Made by a program: the position numbers and the translations under genes. The notes under the pieces are model-generated. The model had not been told where the DNA came from. It saw nothing but the letters and a program-made list of their open reading frames with translations, and made no database searches. Below are positions 25,051 to 36,590 of a stretch of DNA of 64,000 nt, one piece after another (positions within the stretch are counted from its first letter, which is position 1; each line of letters starts with the position of its first letter). The stretch comes from Nemertoderma westbladi (taxonomy: Eukaryota; Animalia; Xenacoelomorpha): assembly GCA_032718475.1 (NCBI GenBank), contig JAUCBJ010003100.1:6384-70383 (forward strand). The letters are read 5' to 3'.

Positions 25051-25189
25051 CAGTTATCTCTTATGGGGTGGTGTTTTATTTAATGATGGTGTCTGTTCCG
25101 TATGCGGTTCTCCAATCTCCCACACATATTCATATATCATCTGCACGTGCACTAGAAAGCTGTGGCCCGAAGGGCCACAGGCTTTCTAG

Positions 25190-27408
25190 TCTAATATATA
25201 TAAATATCGATTGTCTGTCTGTCTATGTGTTTGTCATCGGCTATACAATCGAACCCATCTCGATGAAATCTCGCTTGCTATAGCTCGTTAGAAAGGTCTC
25301 GCTCTAACTCGTTGCAACGTAATACTCAGAGTCGTCTGAAGTTCGCCCATCTGCCTCTAGAGGGCGATTTTCGTGATTTTCGGGCGAAATTTATCGAATT
25401 ATTTCGGTTCTTCTATCGGTAATTAATTATTTAGAGGGCTAACATTTATCCCACCTGGTATAAAATTAACATGGGTAGATTCGCCGTGTCCCATTCTCAC
25501 AAAGTTTTTATTTTATTCGAGTGTTTAATATAAATATGTATGATTATTTATTGATTAAAAACCAAATAGTGTATAAATATGTCATATTCGCCAAGCACGA
25601 TCGAATTGGCCTATTCTTAGTGCTGTAGTGAATATAGGGAAGGATTTTTTTCTGTATCATAGCAACGTTAAGGTAATTATTGAAATCGCAGCTAGCTGGG
25701 CACAGATAAGGAGCAAGCCAGGCTGTAGTGTTGATTGGGGTGGGTTTGGGTTGTCTGTTGCGAACTGCTCAAGTGTAATTCTGCTTTCTCAATCATTGGC
25801 TGCATGGAAGGAGAGGTTTATAACATTTTTGTTTTACTGTTATGAATATTAAAAGTAAAATAATTATTTCTGTAGGCCTATACTTACTGTATTATTATTT
25901 TATCTAATATTATACATCTAATCTCGATGAAATCTCGCTTACTATAGCTCGTTAGATAGGTCTTGCCCTAACTCGTTGCAACGTAATACTCAGAGCCGTC
26001 TGAAGTTTCCCCATCTGCCGCTAGAGGGCGAATTGTCCGATAGTGAAAACCTGATCTCATTGGGTTGTTTTTAATGCTTTTGAGCTGAAACTTGGTAGCT
26101 ATATACTGCAGCATAGGCTGTATATTTCCGGAGTCACTGAGTTGTCCACAGTTCCCCAGTCTACCGTTAGAGGGCTAAATGTCTGAGAGTTAACATCTTC
26201 TCCAACTTTGTTATTTACAATCCGTTTAGACTGAAACTTGGTAGGCATCTACTACAGCATAGGCTGTATCTTTACTGAGTCGCAGAGTCGTCTACAATTC
26301 CCCAGTCTACCGCTAGAGGGCGAAATGTCTGAAAGTTAACATCTTCTCCAACTTTGTTATTTATAATCCATTTAGACTGAACTTGGTAGGCATCTACTAC
26401 AGCATAGGCTATATCTTTACTGAGTCGCGCAGAGTTGTCTACATTACCCGCGTCTGCCGCTAGAGGGTGAAATGTATGAAAGTTAACATCTCCTCCAACT
26501 TTGTTATTTACAATCCTTTTAGACTGAAACTTGGTAGGCATCTACTATAGCATAGGCTATATCTTTGCGGAGTAGTAGAGTCGTCTACAGTTCCACAGTC
26601 AGCCGCTAGAGGGCGAATTGTCTGATAGTGAAAACCTCATCCCATTTGGTTCTTTTTAATCATTTTGAGCTGAAACTTGGTTGGTATCTACTACATCATA
26701 GGCTGTATCTTTACGGGGTTGCAGAATCCTATTCACTTCCCCAGTCTACCGCTAGAGGGTGAAATGTCTGAAAGTTAACATCTTCTACAACTTTGTTATT
26801 TACTAACGGTTTAGACTGAAACTTGGTAGGCATCTACTATAGCATAGGCTGTACCTTTACGGAGTCACAGCGTTGTATACAGTCCCCCCATCTGCCGCTA
26901 GAGGGCGACATATCTGATAGTGAACACCTCATCCCATTTGGTTCTTTTTAATTCTATTGAGCTGGAACTTGGCAGGAATCTACTACAGCATATTCTGTAT
27001 CTTTACGGAGTCCCAGAGTCGTCTACAGTTCTTCAGTCTACCGCTAGAGGGTGAAATGTCGGAATGTGAACATCTACACCAATTTTGTTATTTACAATCT
27101 GTTTAAGCTGAAACTTGAAAGGCAGGCATTTTACTTCACCATGAACCCCATCTTTACCAAACTGCAGCGCCGTCTGCATTTCACCAGTCCGCAGGTAGAG
27201 GGTGGATCTGAAAGTGATCATTTTCTGGAAATTTTGTTATTTACAATCTGCCTAAAGTTGAAACTTGACAGTTATATCTTATGGGGGTGGTGTTTTATTT
27301 AATGATGGTGTCTATTCCGTATGCAGTTCTCAAATCTCCCACACATATTCATATATCATCTGCACGTGCACTAGAAAGCTGTGGCCCGAAGGGCCACAGG
27401 CTTTCTAG
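25190..27408 (+). mobile_element. Non-autonomous Helitron, unit 2 (2.2 kb, head-to-tail with unit 1)
   Basis: Junction CTAG|TC at 25189/25190; ends hairpin-CTAG|T at 27408; same 146-bp internal array. Confidence 0.87.
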
Positions 27409-27998
27409 TATATCATAAATATCGAAATAGGTTAAGGATTACACTTTTATACATTTTGTTCTCTAACGGCAGACTGGAGAACTGCTGATGGTTTAGCCTC
27501 CTTTCAAAGAAACATCTATCTACAGTATAGTGAAAATTTAAATTTGCCAAGTTTTAGCTTAAACGGATTAAAAGCAAATAAATAATAGGACATTTAATGT
27601 TTATAGACATGTATCCCTCTAGGAGATACTGTTGAACTAATGGTGTCTGTAAGTCTATCAAAAAATAAATTTTTGAAAATTTTGATGCCTACTAATTTTC
27701 AACTCGACAGCTCTAAATCGGACAAAATTATACCATGTCAAAATCGTAAGGACATCGAAAACAACAGCAAACTATTTGCAAAAATCGACCCACGTCTAAA
27801 AGTGTTTTAGTTCGCTAAGGTCCTGCCAACTTTGTGGCTCTCCACACAGAGCACTGCAGTACAAACTTGAGCATTTCATTACATAATGCCGTACCGGTCG
27901 GTACGTTACTGGTATTTCACGTTACTGCTGTACCGGTACTCTGGTACTGCATGTACTGGTATTTCAAAACGCCGTTGGAAGCAGGCGAAGTATAAAGA

Positions 27999-28949
27999 AT
28001 GTATTCACCGTCGTCTTCATTAAACTACCGGTACTCTTCCGTTGATTCTGTTATTTCAAATGATGAGCGGAGACTCGCCGAGGAGCTAGCTGCCACGCAG
28101 TCATTGTTTAATAACAACATCGACGCTATATGCGACAAATATTCCCGCGATCCAGCCGATGGTGTGGCCGACCAATGGGGTGGTCTGGACCCCAACGAGT
28201 GCTTCTCTTTCGGAGAAAGCGGTAGCTCCGATGTCTTCGTTACAACTGCACTCGACTGGGATCGTGAATTGTTCAGCAAGCCAGTCAGGGTGATACTCGA
28301 TGGCCATTCCACAAGGAAAGAGACACGGAAAATGGAACATCGAAAACGACTCAAACTGAAGAAAATATTGAAATCCCGTTCCTTAGGCCTAATCGACGAT
28401 TTGACGAAGGGTTTGCAGGTAGATGGCGATTTATCAATAATTACCGGAGATAGCGGCAGCGATGAGATCGAATTAAAGTCGGAAAGTTTATATTCGTCGT
28501 CGGAAGGAAATTCCCGTAGTACAGAATTACTTTGCAACCAAGAGACTCTCCGTTATTCCGATGGATCTACGGACCTTATAGATGATATTAATTGTAGGAT
28601 GGCATTGGTTGGGACTGCGGACGACCGCTGTACCGAATCGGAAGAACCCAGCGTCTCTATGTCGTTTATCGACAAGTTTTCCCGAGCTGATCTCTCGACC
28701 CCGGCCGAATCGCTCCCTCCACTGGATCCCCGTCGGGGCCGTGGTGCCGAAGACAACGAACTATTCGCTAGAGACAGCAGCATCCCCACCACCGCCAATC
28801 CACGTAAGAATCCTACGCCGTTCCAGCGACGATATCCCAAAGCCGAAGTGGTGCGTAGTAGCGACGAACGCGTGGTGGCGGTTTATAGTGACTACGCTAA
28901 CGGCTGCAGTTCGCCCTTCCAGCGAACCCCTCCTACAACGGGTAGTTGA
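27999..28949 (+). CDS. Intronless 316-aa acidic/Ser-rich protein; N-terminus resembles the Scm3/HJURP CENP-A-binding helix
   Basis: ATG-initiated ORF, more GC-rich than its flanks, no TE motifs; RRLAEELAATQSLFNNNIDAICDKYSRD. The coding call is stronger than the family call. Confidence 0.55.
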   Translation: MYSPSSSLNYRYSSVDSVISNDERRLAEELAATQSLFNNNIDAICDKYSRDPADGVADQWGGLDPNECFSFGESGSSDVFVTTALDWDRELFSKPVRVILDGHSTRKETRKMEHRKRLKLKKILKSRSLGLIDDLTKGLQVDGDLSIITGDSGSDEIELKSESLYSSSEGNSRSTELLCNQETLRYSDGSTDLIDDINCRMALVGTADDRCTESEEPSVSMSFIDKFSRADLSTPAESLPPLDPRRGRGAEDNELFARDSSIPTTANPRKNPTPFQRRYPKAEVVRSSDERVVAVYSDYANGCSSPFQRTPPTTGS

Positions 28950-30134
28950 CAGCAAACAGCTCTCTCTGTGTCTGGACAAGCTTCGCTATATCTAATGAAT
29001 TAGTAATTCAACTAGTTGAATTTATTGTTTTCCATTTTTACGTGTAAATTTCACAGATAAATCTGCAAATCCCCAAGATGTGAATAATTATGCAAGGTTA
29101 TTAGTTAACTATTGGAATTTCGTTTTGGGTTGTATTTGTGATTGAGAGTTTTGTATATCCAGTTCCATATTTTATGTATAGTTTGGGCCGCGAGCTTCGA
29201 ATTTTAATGGAAGTACAATTTATTGTCACATTATATCAACTATCAACTTAAGACCTTGTACTGTAAATTTGTAAATTTTTGTAGATTTGTATAATATAGG
29301 CCTACTAATATACTTGTCTGTAGTATCTGTATCTGTATGTAATATCCAAAGCTAGCCTAGGATACATAGGATAATAGTAAATCTAATCTCGTTCAACTCG
29401 AGTATTGCTGACAGGTAATATTAATTAAATTATCTGATAATACAGCGGTAATTGTGACGTGCTTCCTCGTTCTTTCCATTTCTCAATATAACAGTGGCAG
29501 TGACAATATATTTAGTGCGATTCTGATCATTATAATAAATAGGTTTAATCTTACCATGTTGATTTTTTCTCTTCGTCAATAATATAATATAATATTACTA
29601 TTAGTTTAGTTTAGTTATAGTTTGAAATTAATATTGTTAATATTTGCTATTACATAACGTTGATCTATGGTAATCGTTTTATAAGTGTAACATTTCTTTA
29701 CGCGAACTTTTTTCTCGGTGTGCGTGAGACATGCAAAATAACTAGCGGTAGTGTCATTGCATATTGAGTCACCGAGTAAAAAACAACGGTAAAAATATTT
29801 CGAGATTAAAAATATCGTGAGTATACAATAAATTTCGCGTACAATTGTTTTAGTATTTCATCTTGTTTAACGTTGAGTTGATGTTAATGCAATGTATTGG
29901 AATATTATAATATTGGTCTGTACTTTACCAGCCATTATTCTATTGTTGCATCCCTTTAAATTCTTACTATGTACGGAAGATAATAATCACATGTCCTTTA
30001 GATATATATCGCACGATATATAGTTCGTGAATCATACACAATGCGATGATTACAGAAAATTAAGACCCATTAAATTGACTAGTATGAAATTATTTGGTGT
30101 GTAACACCACTGATCCGATTCGAGAAGATTGAGT

Positions 30135-30881
30135 TAGCGGCTATGAAGATCCTCTACCAGGCGTACGTCAGCACCTTCTGTGACCCAATCTGCGCTATGC
30201 TATGAAGATCCTCTACCAGGCGTACGTCAGCACCTTCTGTGACCCAATCTGCGCTATGGAATTATTAGTTAGCGGCTATGAAGATCCTCTACCAGGCCTA
30301 CGTCAGCACCTTCTGTGACCCAATCTGCGCTATGGAATTATTAGTTAGCGGCTATGAAGATCCTCTACCAGGCGTACGTCAGCACCTTCTGTGACCCAAT
30401 CTGCGCTATGGAATTATTAGTTAGCGGCTATGAAGATCCTCTACCAGGCGTACGTCAGCACCTTCTGTGACCCAATCTGCGCTATGCTATGAAGATCCTC
30501 TACCAGGCGTACGTCAGCACCTTCTGTGACCCAATCTGCGCTATGGAATTATTAGTTAGCGGCTATGAAGATCCTCTACCAGGCCTACGTCAGCACCTTC
30601 TGTGACCCAATCTGCGCTATGGAATTATTAGTTAGCGGCTATGAAGATCCTCTACCAGGCGTACGTCAGCACCTTCTGTGACCCAATCTGCGCTATGCTA
30701 TGAAGATCCTCTACCAGGCGTACGTCAGCACCTTCTGTGACCCAATCTGCGCTATGCTATGAAGATCCTCTACCAGGCGTACGTCAGCACCTTCTGTGAC
30801 CCAATCTGCGCTATGCTATGAAGATCCTCTATCAGGCGTACGTCAGCACCTTCTGTGACCCAATCTGCGCTATGGAATTAT
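30135..30881. repeat. Minisatellite with mixed 59-bp and 76-bp units (11 units)
   Basis: Unit starts at 30140, 30199, 30275, 30351, 30427, 30486, 30562, 30638, 30697, 30756, 30815. Confidence 0.95.
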
Positions 30882-31077
30882 TGTCTACTAAAGCTACATT
30901 CTATAGCTATAAAATTATTGATATACTAAAGCACTACGCACTTTCCTATGCATCCATTTGTGGATATAGGTTATCCTTATCCTGTATAGTATTGAGGTAC
31001 TTATACATAATTCATTTGTTACCTAATTCCGACCTTTAGTTGTTATTGAGAGGCATAAATTACCATTTTAATTATTA

Positions 31078-32333
31078 CAAGAAAGGCATTTCCTAAAGGA
31101 AATGCAACCACGAAGCTAAGGAAAATTAAACAAACTTTCATTCATCAGTTCATTGCTTTACAGAGTTAAGAGGCATATGCCTTTAAAACTCATATTACCA
31201 TGGCAACCGGAGTTTTCTAGAACTGCTGAGGTTTACATTACGATCCGGTTTGTGGTTCCAGGTGACACATACTTCAATTCAGTTTCATTGAGTAGTTAAT
31301 GTGCAAAACTAAGGATTTAATTGTTAAAACGTCTGTTTGTAGTGGTTGTCATGGAAACTGAAAAATGGAACAATTTAAATTGGATGCGGAATTAGTGATA
31401 TAGTGGGGGTAGGGATTGGTCCCAAGTCGTAATACCTTAAAGTTATGCTTCAAATAACCATTTTATAAATTTGAACATCTGTTTAGCATGGTTGCCCTGG
31501 TAACTGGATTTTTTAATTATCCTCAATGAGCTCCACTATTGTCCTTATCATTGAGTTGAGAAACCCCAAGTTTATATCTATTGTGGTTATTCTATAAATA
31601 GAGTTATGAATATAGACTTGAATTATATAATCTGTAATAAACTCCAGTTACCACGGTAACTAGATATTTCTGGAATGTTTTGAGTTTCACTAAAAGTTCC
31701 AACTAGTGGTCTAGTTAACACATTCCCAGTTCCGTAAAATTTTATCGCGAAGTCTATGTACAAATGAGTTATTTTTGTATAAAAACATCTGTTTTCAGCG
31801 GTTGTCATGGTAACTGCAAAATTAAACAATGAAATTCGGACGTAGAATAAGTTATATAGTGGGGGTAGGGGTTGGTCCCAAGACATAATACCGTAACCTT
31901 AGGCTTCAAATTAACATTTTATAAATTTTAATATCTGTTTAGCCCGGTTGCCAAGGTTACTGGATTTTCTATTCAACCTCAATCGGCTCTGCTGCGGACC
32001 TTATAGTTGAGTTGAGAAACCCCAAGTTTATATCTATTATAGTTTTCCTACAAATAGAGTTATAAATATTGACTTGAAATACATAGACTTTTTTCTAAGT
32101 CCGTTGCCATGGAAACCAGATTTTTCCTGGATATGAGACCCATCCCACACGACGCGCCTTGATGAGTAGTATATACATGCAAAATTTCAGGGTACTTTTA
32201 AAGGCTAGTTTTTTCACCGGTCAAAAAACACTAAATCTGCCTCACACAAGTAAAATAGCCCACTATGAATAGACCATCTCAGCTAAGGAAAATCTTTCTT
32301 AGCGAAAGTAGTTGATTTTCCTTAACTTCGTGG
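31078..32333 (-). mobile_element. DINE-1/Helentron-type non-autonomous element, copy 1
   Basis: One end has a GCATTTCCT-AA-AGGAAATGC hairpin plus subTIR CCACGAAGCTAAGGAAAAT; the other has a partial IR plus the inverted subTIR; no TSD. Confidence 0.8.
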
Positions 32334-32412
32334 ACACAGTCAAAAATAGACAATTTTAAATTTTGCGCGGGAAGGTTTAAAAACTTTAAATGCATTTTAC
32401 TGGTCTTTATTA

Positions 32413-33700
32413 CGAGAAAGGCATTTCCTAAAGGAAATGCAACCACGAAGCTAAGGAAAATTTAACAAACGGCCACACTTTGGTTCGTTGCTTAGCCTCG
32501 TTTAGTAGCATTTGTCAATAATTAACTTCTATTCCCATGGAAACTAGAGTTCTCTGGAACTGTTGCTTTAACCTTTGAAAAAAAATTCAGTACAGATTGT
32601 GGTTCAGATAACACATATACTGAGTTTCAGAAAATATTGTAGTTTATGTCCAAATTACCGATTTTCTATCAAAATGCATCTGTTTGCAGTGGTTGTCATG
32701 GAAACTGAAAAATAGAACAATGTAATTCGGATGCAGAATAAGTCATAATAATAATAATAATAAGTCATATAATGGGGGTAGGGGTTAGTCCCAAGTCATA
32801 ATACTATTAACTTGTGCTTCAAATTATCATTTTATGAATTTTAACATCTGTTTAGACTTGTTGCTATGGTAATTGTATTTTCTAATTAACCTCAAACGGC
32901 TTGGATATGGATCATATAGATGAGTTGCAAAACCCCAAGTTTATATATATTACAGTTTTGCTACAAATAGAGTTATCAATATAGACTTGAATGAGATAGA
33001 GTTTAATAAACTACAGTTACCATGGTAACTAAATTTCTGGAATAATTTAAGTTTCACTAAAAGTTCCAACTAGTGGTCCAGATAACACATACCCAGTTTT
33101 GTAAAATTTTATCGCGAAGTCTATGTCCAAATGAATAATTTTTGTATAAAAACATCTGTTTTCTGCGGTTGTCATGGTAACTGAAAAATAGAACAATGTA
33201 ATTCGGATGCAGAATAAGTTATATAGTGGGGGTAAGGGTGGGTCCCAAGTCATAACACCTTGCCCTTAGGCCTCAAATTAACATTTTATAAATTTTAACA
33301 TCTGTTTATCCTGGTTGCCAAGGTAACTGGATTTTCTATTTAACCTCAATCGGTTCTGCTATGGACCTTATAGTTGAGTTGAGAAACCCCAAGTTTATAT
33401 CTATTATAGTTTTCCTACAAATAGAGTTATAAATATTGACTTGAAATACATAGACTTTTTTTGAAGTCCGTTGCCATGGAAACCAGATTTTTCCTGGATA
33501 TGAGACCCGGCCCAAAAGATGCGCCTCGACGAGTAGTACATACATGCAAAATTCCAGGGTACTTTTAAAGGCTAGATTTTTCTGGAGTCAAAAAACACTA
33601 AATCTGCCCCATACAAGTAAAATAGCCCACTATGAATAGACCATCTCAGCTAAGGAAAATCTTTCTTAGCGAAAGTAGTTGATTTTCCTTAGCTTCGTGG
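32413..33700 (-). mobile_element. DINE-1/Helentron-type element, copy 2
   Basis: Same termini and body as copy 1. Confidence 0.8.
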
Positions 33701-33857
33701 ATTTCTCGATTTTGGGATTTTCTAAATTTTTTAAAATGCTACTCCTCCGCCATTTCTCAATGGACTTTGATTCTGTTTCTTTTGCTCTGCTCATAAACTC
33801 AATAAGAATATAATTCTTTGACAGAATTTCGAAACTAGAATTTGTTCTCATTTTATA

Positions 33858-35116
33858 CGAGAAAGGCATTTCCTAAAGGAAATGCAACCACGAAGCTAAG
33901 GAAAATTAAACAAACGGCCACACTTTGGTTCGTTGCTTAGCCTCGTTTAGTAGCAATTGTCAATAATTAACTTCTATTCCAATGGAAACTAGAGTTCTCT
34001 GGAACTGTTGCTTTAACCTTTGAAAAAAATTCAGTACAGATTGTGGTTCAGATAACACATATACTGAGTTTCAGAAAATATTGTAGTTACCGATTTTCTA
34101 TCAAAATGCATCTGTTTGCAGTGGTTGTCATGGAAACTGAAAAATAGAACAATGTAATTCGGATGCAGAATAAGTCATATAGTGGGGGTAGGGGTTAGTC
34201 CCAAGTCATAATACTATTAACTATTAACTTGTGCTTCAAATTATCATTTTATAAATTTAAACATCTGTTTAGACTTGTTGCTATGGTAACTGGATTTTCT
34301 AATTAACCTCAAACGGCTTGGATATGGATCTTATAGATGAGTTGCAAAACCCCAAGTTTATATATATTACAGTTTTGCTACAAATAGAGTTATCAATATA
34401 GACTTGAATGATATAGAGTTTAATAAACTACAGTTACCATGGTAACTAAATTTCTGGAATAATTTAAGTTTCACTAAAAGTTCCAACTAGTGGTCCAGAT
34501 AACACATACCCAGTTTTGTAAAATTTTATCGCGAAGTCTATGTCCAAATGAATAATTTTTGTATAAAAACATCTGTTTTCAGCGGTTGTCATGGTAACTG
34601 AAAAATAGAACAATGTAATTCGGATGCAGAATAAGTTATATAGTGGGGGTGGGGGTTGGTCCCAAGTCATAACACCTTGCCCTTAGGCCTCAAATTAACA
34701 TTTTATAAGTTTTAACATCTGTTTATCCCGGTTGCCAAGGTAACTGGATTTTCTATTTAACCTCAATTGGCTTTGCTATGGACCTTATAGTTGAGTTGAG
34801 AAACCCCAAGTTTATATCTATTATAGTTTTCCTACAAATAGAGTTATAAATATTGACTTGAAATACATAGACTTTTTTCTAAGTCCGTTGCCATGGAAAC
34901 CAGATTTTTCCTGGATATGAGACCCGGCCCAAAAGATGCGCCTCATCGAGTAGTATATACATGCAAAATTTCAGGGTACTTTTAAAGGCTATTTTTTTCC
35001 GGAATCAAAAAAAACTAATCTGCCCCATACAAGTAAAATAGCCCACTATGAATAGACCATCTCAGCTAAGGAAAATCTTTCTTAGCGAAAGTAGTTGATT
35101 TTCCTTAGCTTCGTGG
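33858..35116 (-). mobile_element. DINE-1/Helentron-type element, copy 3
   Basis: Same termini and body. Confidence 0.8.
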
Positions 35117-35129
35117 AACCAAATATGTA

Positions 35130-36404
35130 CTAGAAAGGCATTTCCTAAAGGAAATGCAACCACGAAGCTAAGGAAAATTAAACAAAGGGCCACAATTTGG
35201 TTTGTTGCTTAGCCTAGTTTAGTAGCATTTGCCAATAAATAACTTCTATTCCCAGGGAAACTAGAGTTCTCTGGAACTGTTGGTTTTACCTTTGAAAAAA
35301 CATTCAGTCCAGATTGTGGTTCAGATAACACTTTCCGAGTTTCAGAAAATATTGCAGTTTATGTCCAAATTACCGATTTTCTATCAAAATGCATCTGTTT
35401 GCAGTGGTTGTCATGGAAACTGAAAAATAGAACAATGTAATTCGGATGCAGAATAAGTCATATAAGCGGAGTAAGTCTTGGTCCCAAGTCATAATACTAT
35501 TAACTTGTGCTTCAAATTATCATTTTAAAAATTTTAACATCTGTTTAGTCTTGTTGCTATGGTAACTGGATTGTGTAATTAAGCTCGAATGGCTTGTACA
35601 TATATGGACCTTATAGATGAGTTGCAAAACCCCAAGTTTATATATATTACAGTTTTGCTACAAATAGTGTTATGAATATAGACTTGAATTATATAGACTT
35701 TAATAAACTACAGTTACCATGGTAACTACTGTAGATATTTCTGGAATGTTTTGAGTTTCACTAAAACTTCCAACTAGTGGTCCAGATAACACATACCCAG
35801 TTTCGTAAAATTTTATCGCGAAGTTTATGTCCAAATGAATAATTTTTGTATAAAAACATCTGTTTGCAGAGGTTGTCATGGTAACTGCAAAATAAAACAA
35901 TGAAATTCGGACGCAGAATAAGTTATATAGTGGGGGTAGGGGTTGTTCCCAAGTCATAACATCTTAACCTTAAGCTTCAAATTAACATTTTATAAATTTT
36001 AACATCTGTTTAGCCCAGTTGCCAAGGTAACTGGATTTTCTAGTTAAACTCAATCGGCTCTGCTATGGACCTTATAGTTGTGTTGAGAAACCCCAAGTTT
36101 ATATCTATTATAGTTTTCTTACAAATAGAGTTATAAATATTGACTTGAAATACATAGACTTTTTTCTAAGTCCGTTGCCATGGAAACCAGATTTTTCCTG
36201 GATATGAGACCCATCCCACACGATGCGCCTCGACGAGTAGTACATACATGCAAAATTTCAGGGTACTTTTAAAGGCTAGTTTTTTCCGGAATCAAAAAAA
36301 AACAAATCTGCCCCATACAAGTAAAATAGCCCACTATGAATAGACCATCTCAGCTAAGGAAAATCTTTCTTAGCGAAAGTAGTTGATTTTCCTTAGCTTC
36401 GTGG
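35130..36404 (-). mobile_element. DINE-1/Helentron-type element, copy 4
   Basis: Same termini; more diverged body. Confidence 0.8.
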
Positions 36405-36590
36405 ATGAGAAAAGATTTTCTAAATTTTGAATTAAGAAAAGTGCCCTAAAAATTTAATTTTTGTGAAATTTGAAAATGTAAAAAGGACATAAATGATTTC
36501 ATAAATAAGTTAGTTAGCTTATATTTATGTTGGCGTTTGGAGCCATGTTATAATAATATAGCTTGGCCCAACTGGTTATTAATAGCTATA

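Larger units (their letters stand above)
16249..25189 (+). mobile_element. Non-autonomous Helitron, unit 1 (carries the 16676-23400 insertion)
   Basis: A|TC start, (CTGT)n near the 5' end, GC hairpin TGTGGCCC-GAA-GGGCCACA followed by CTAG; no TSD. Confidence 0.85.
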
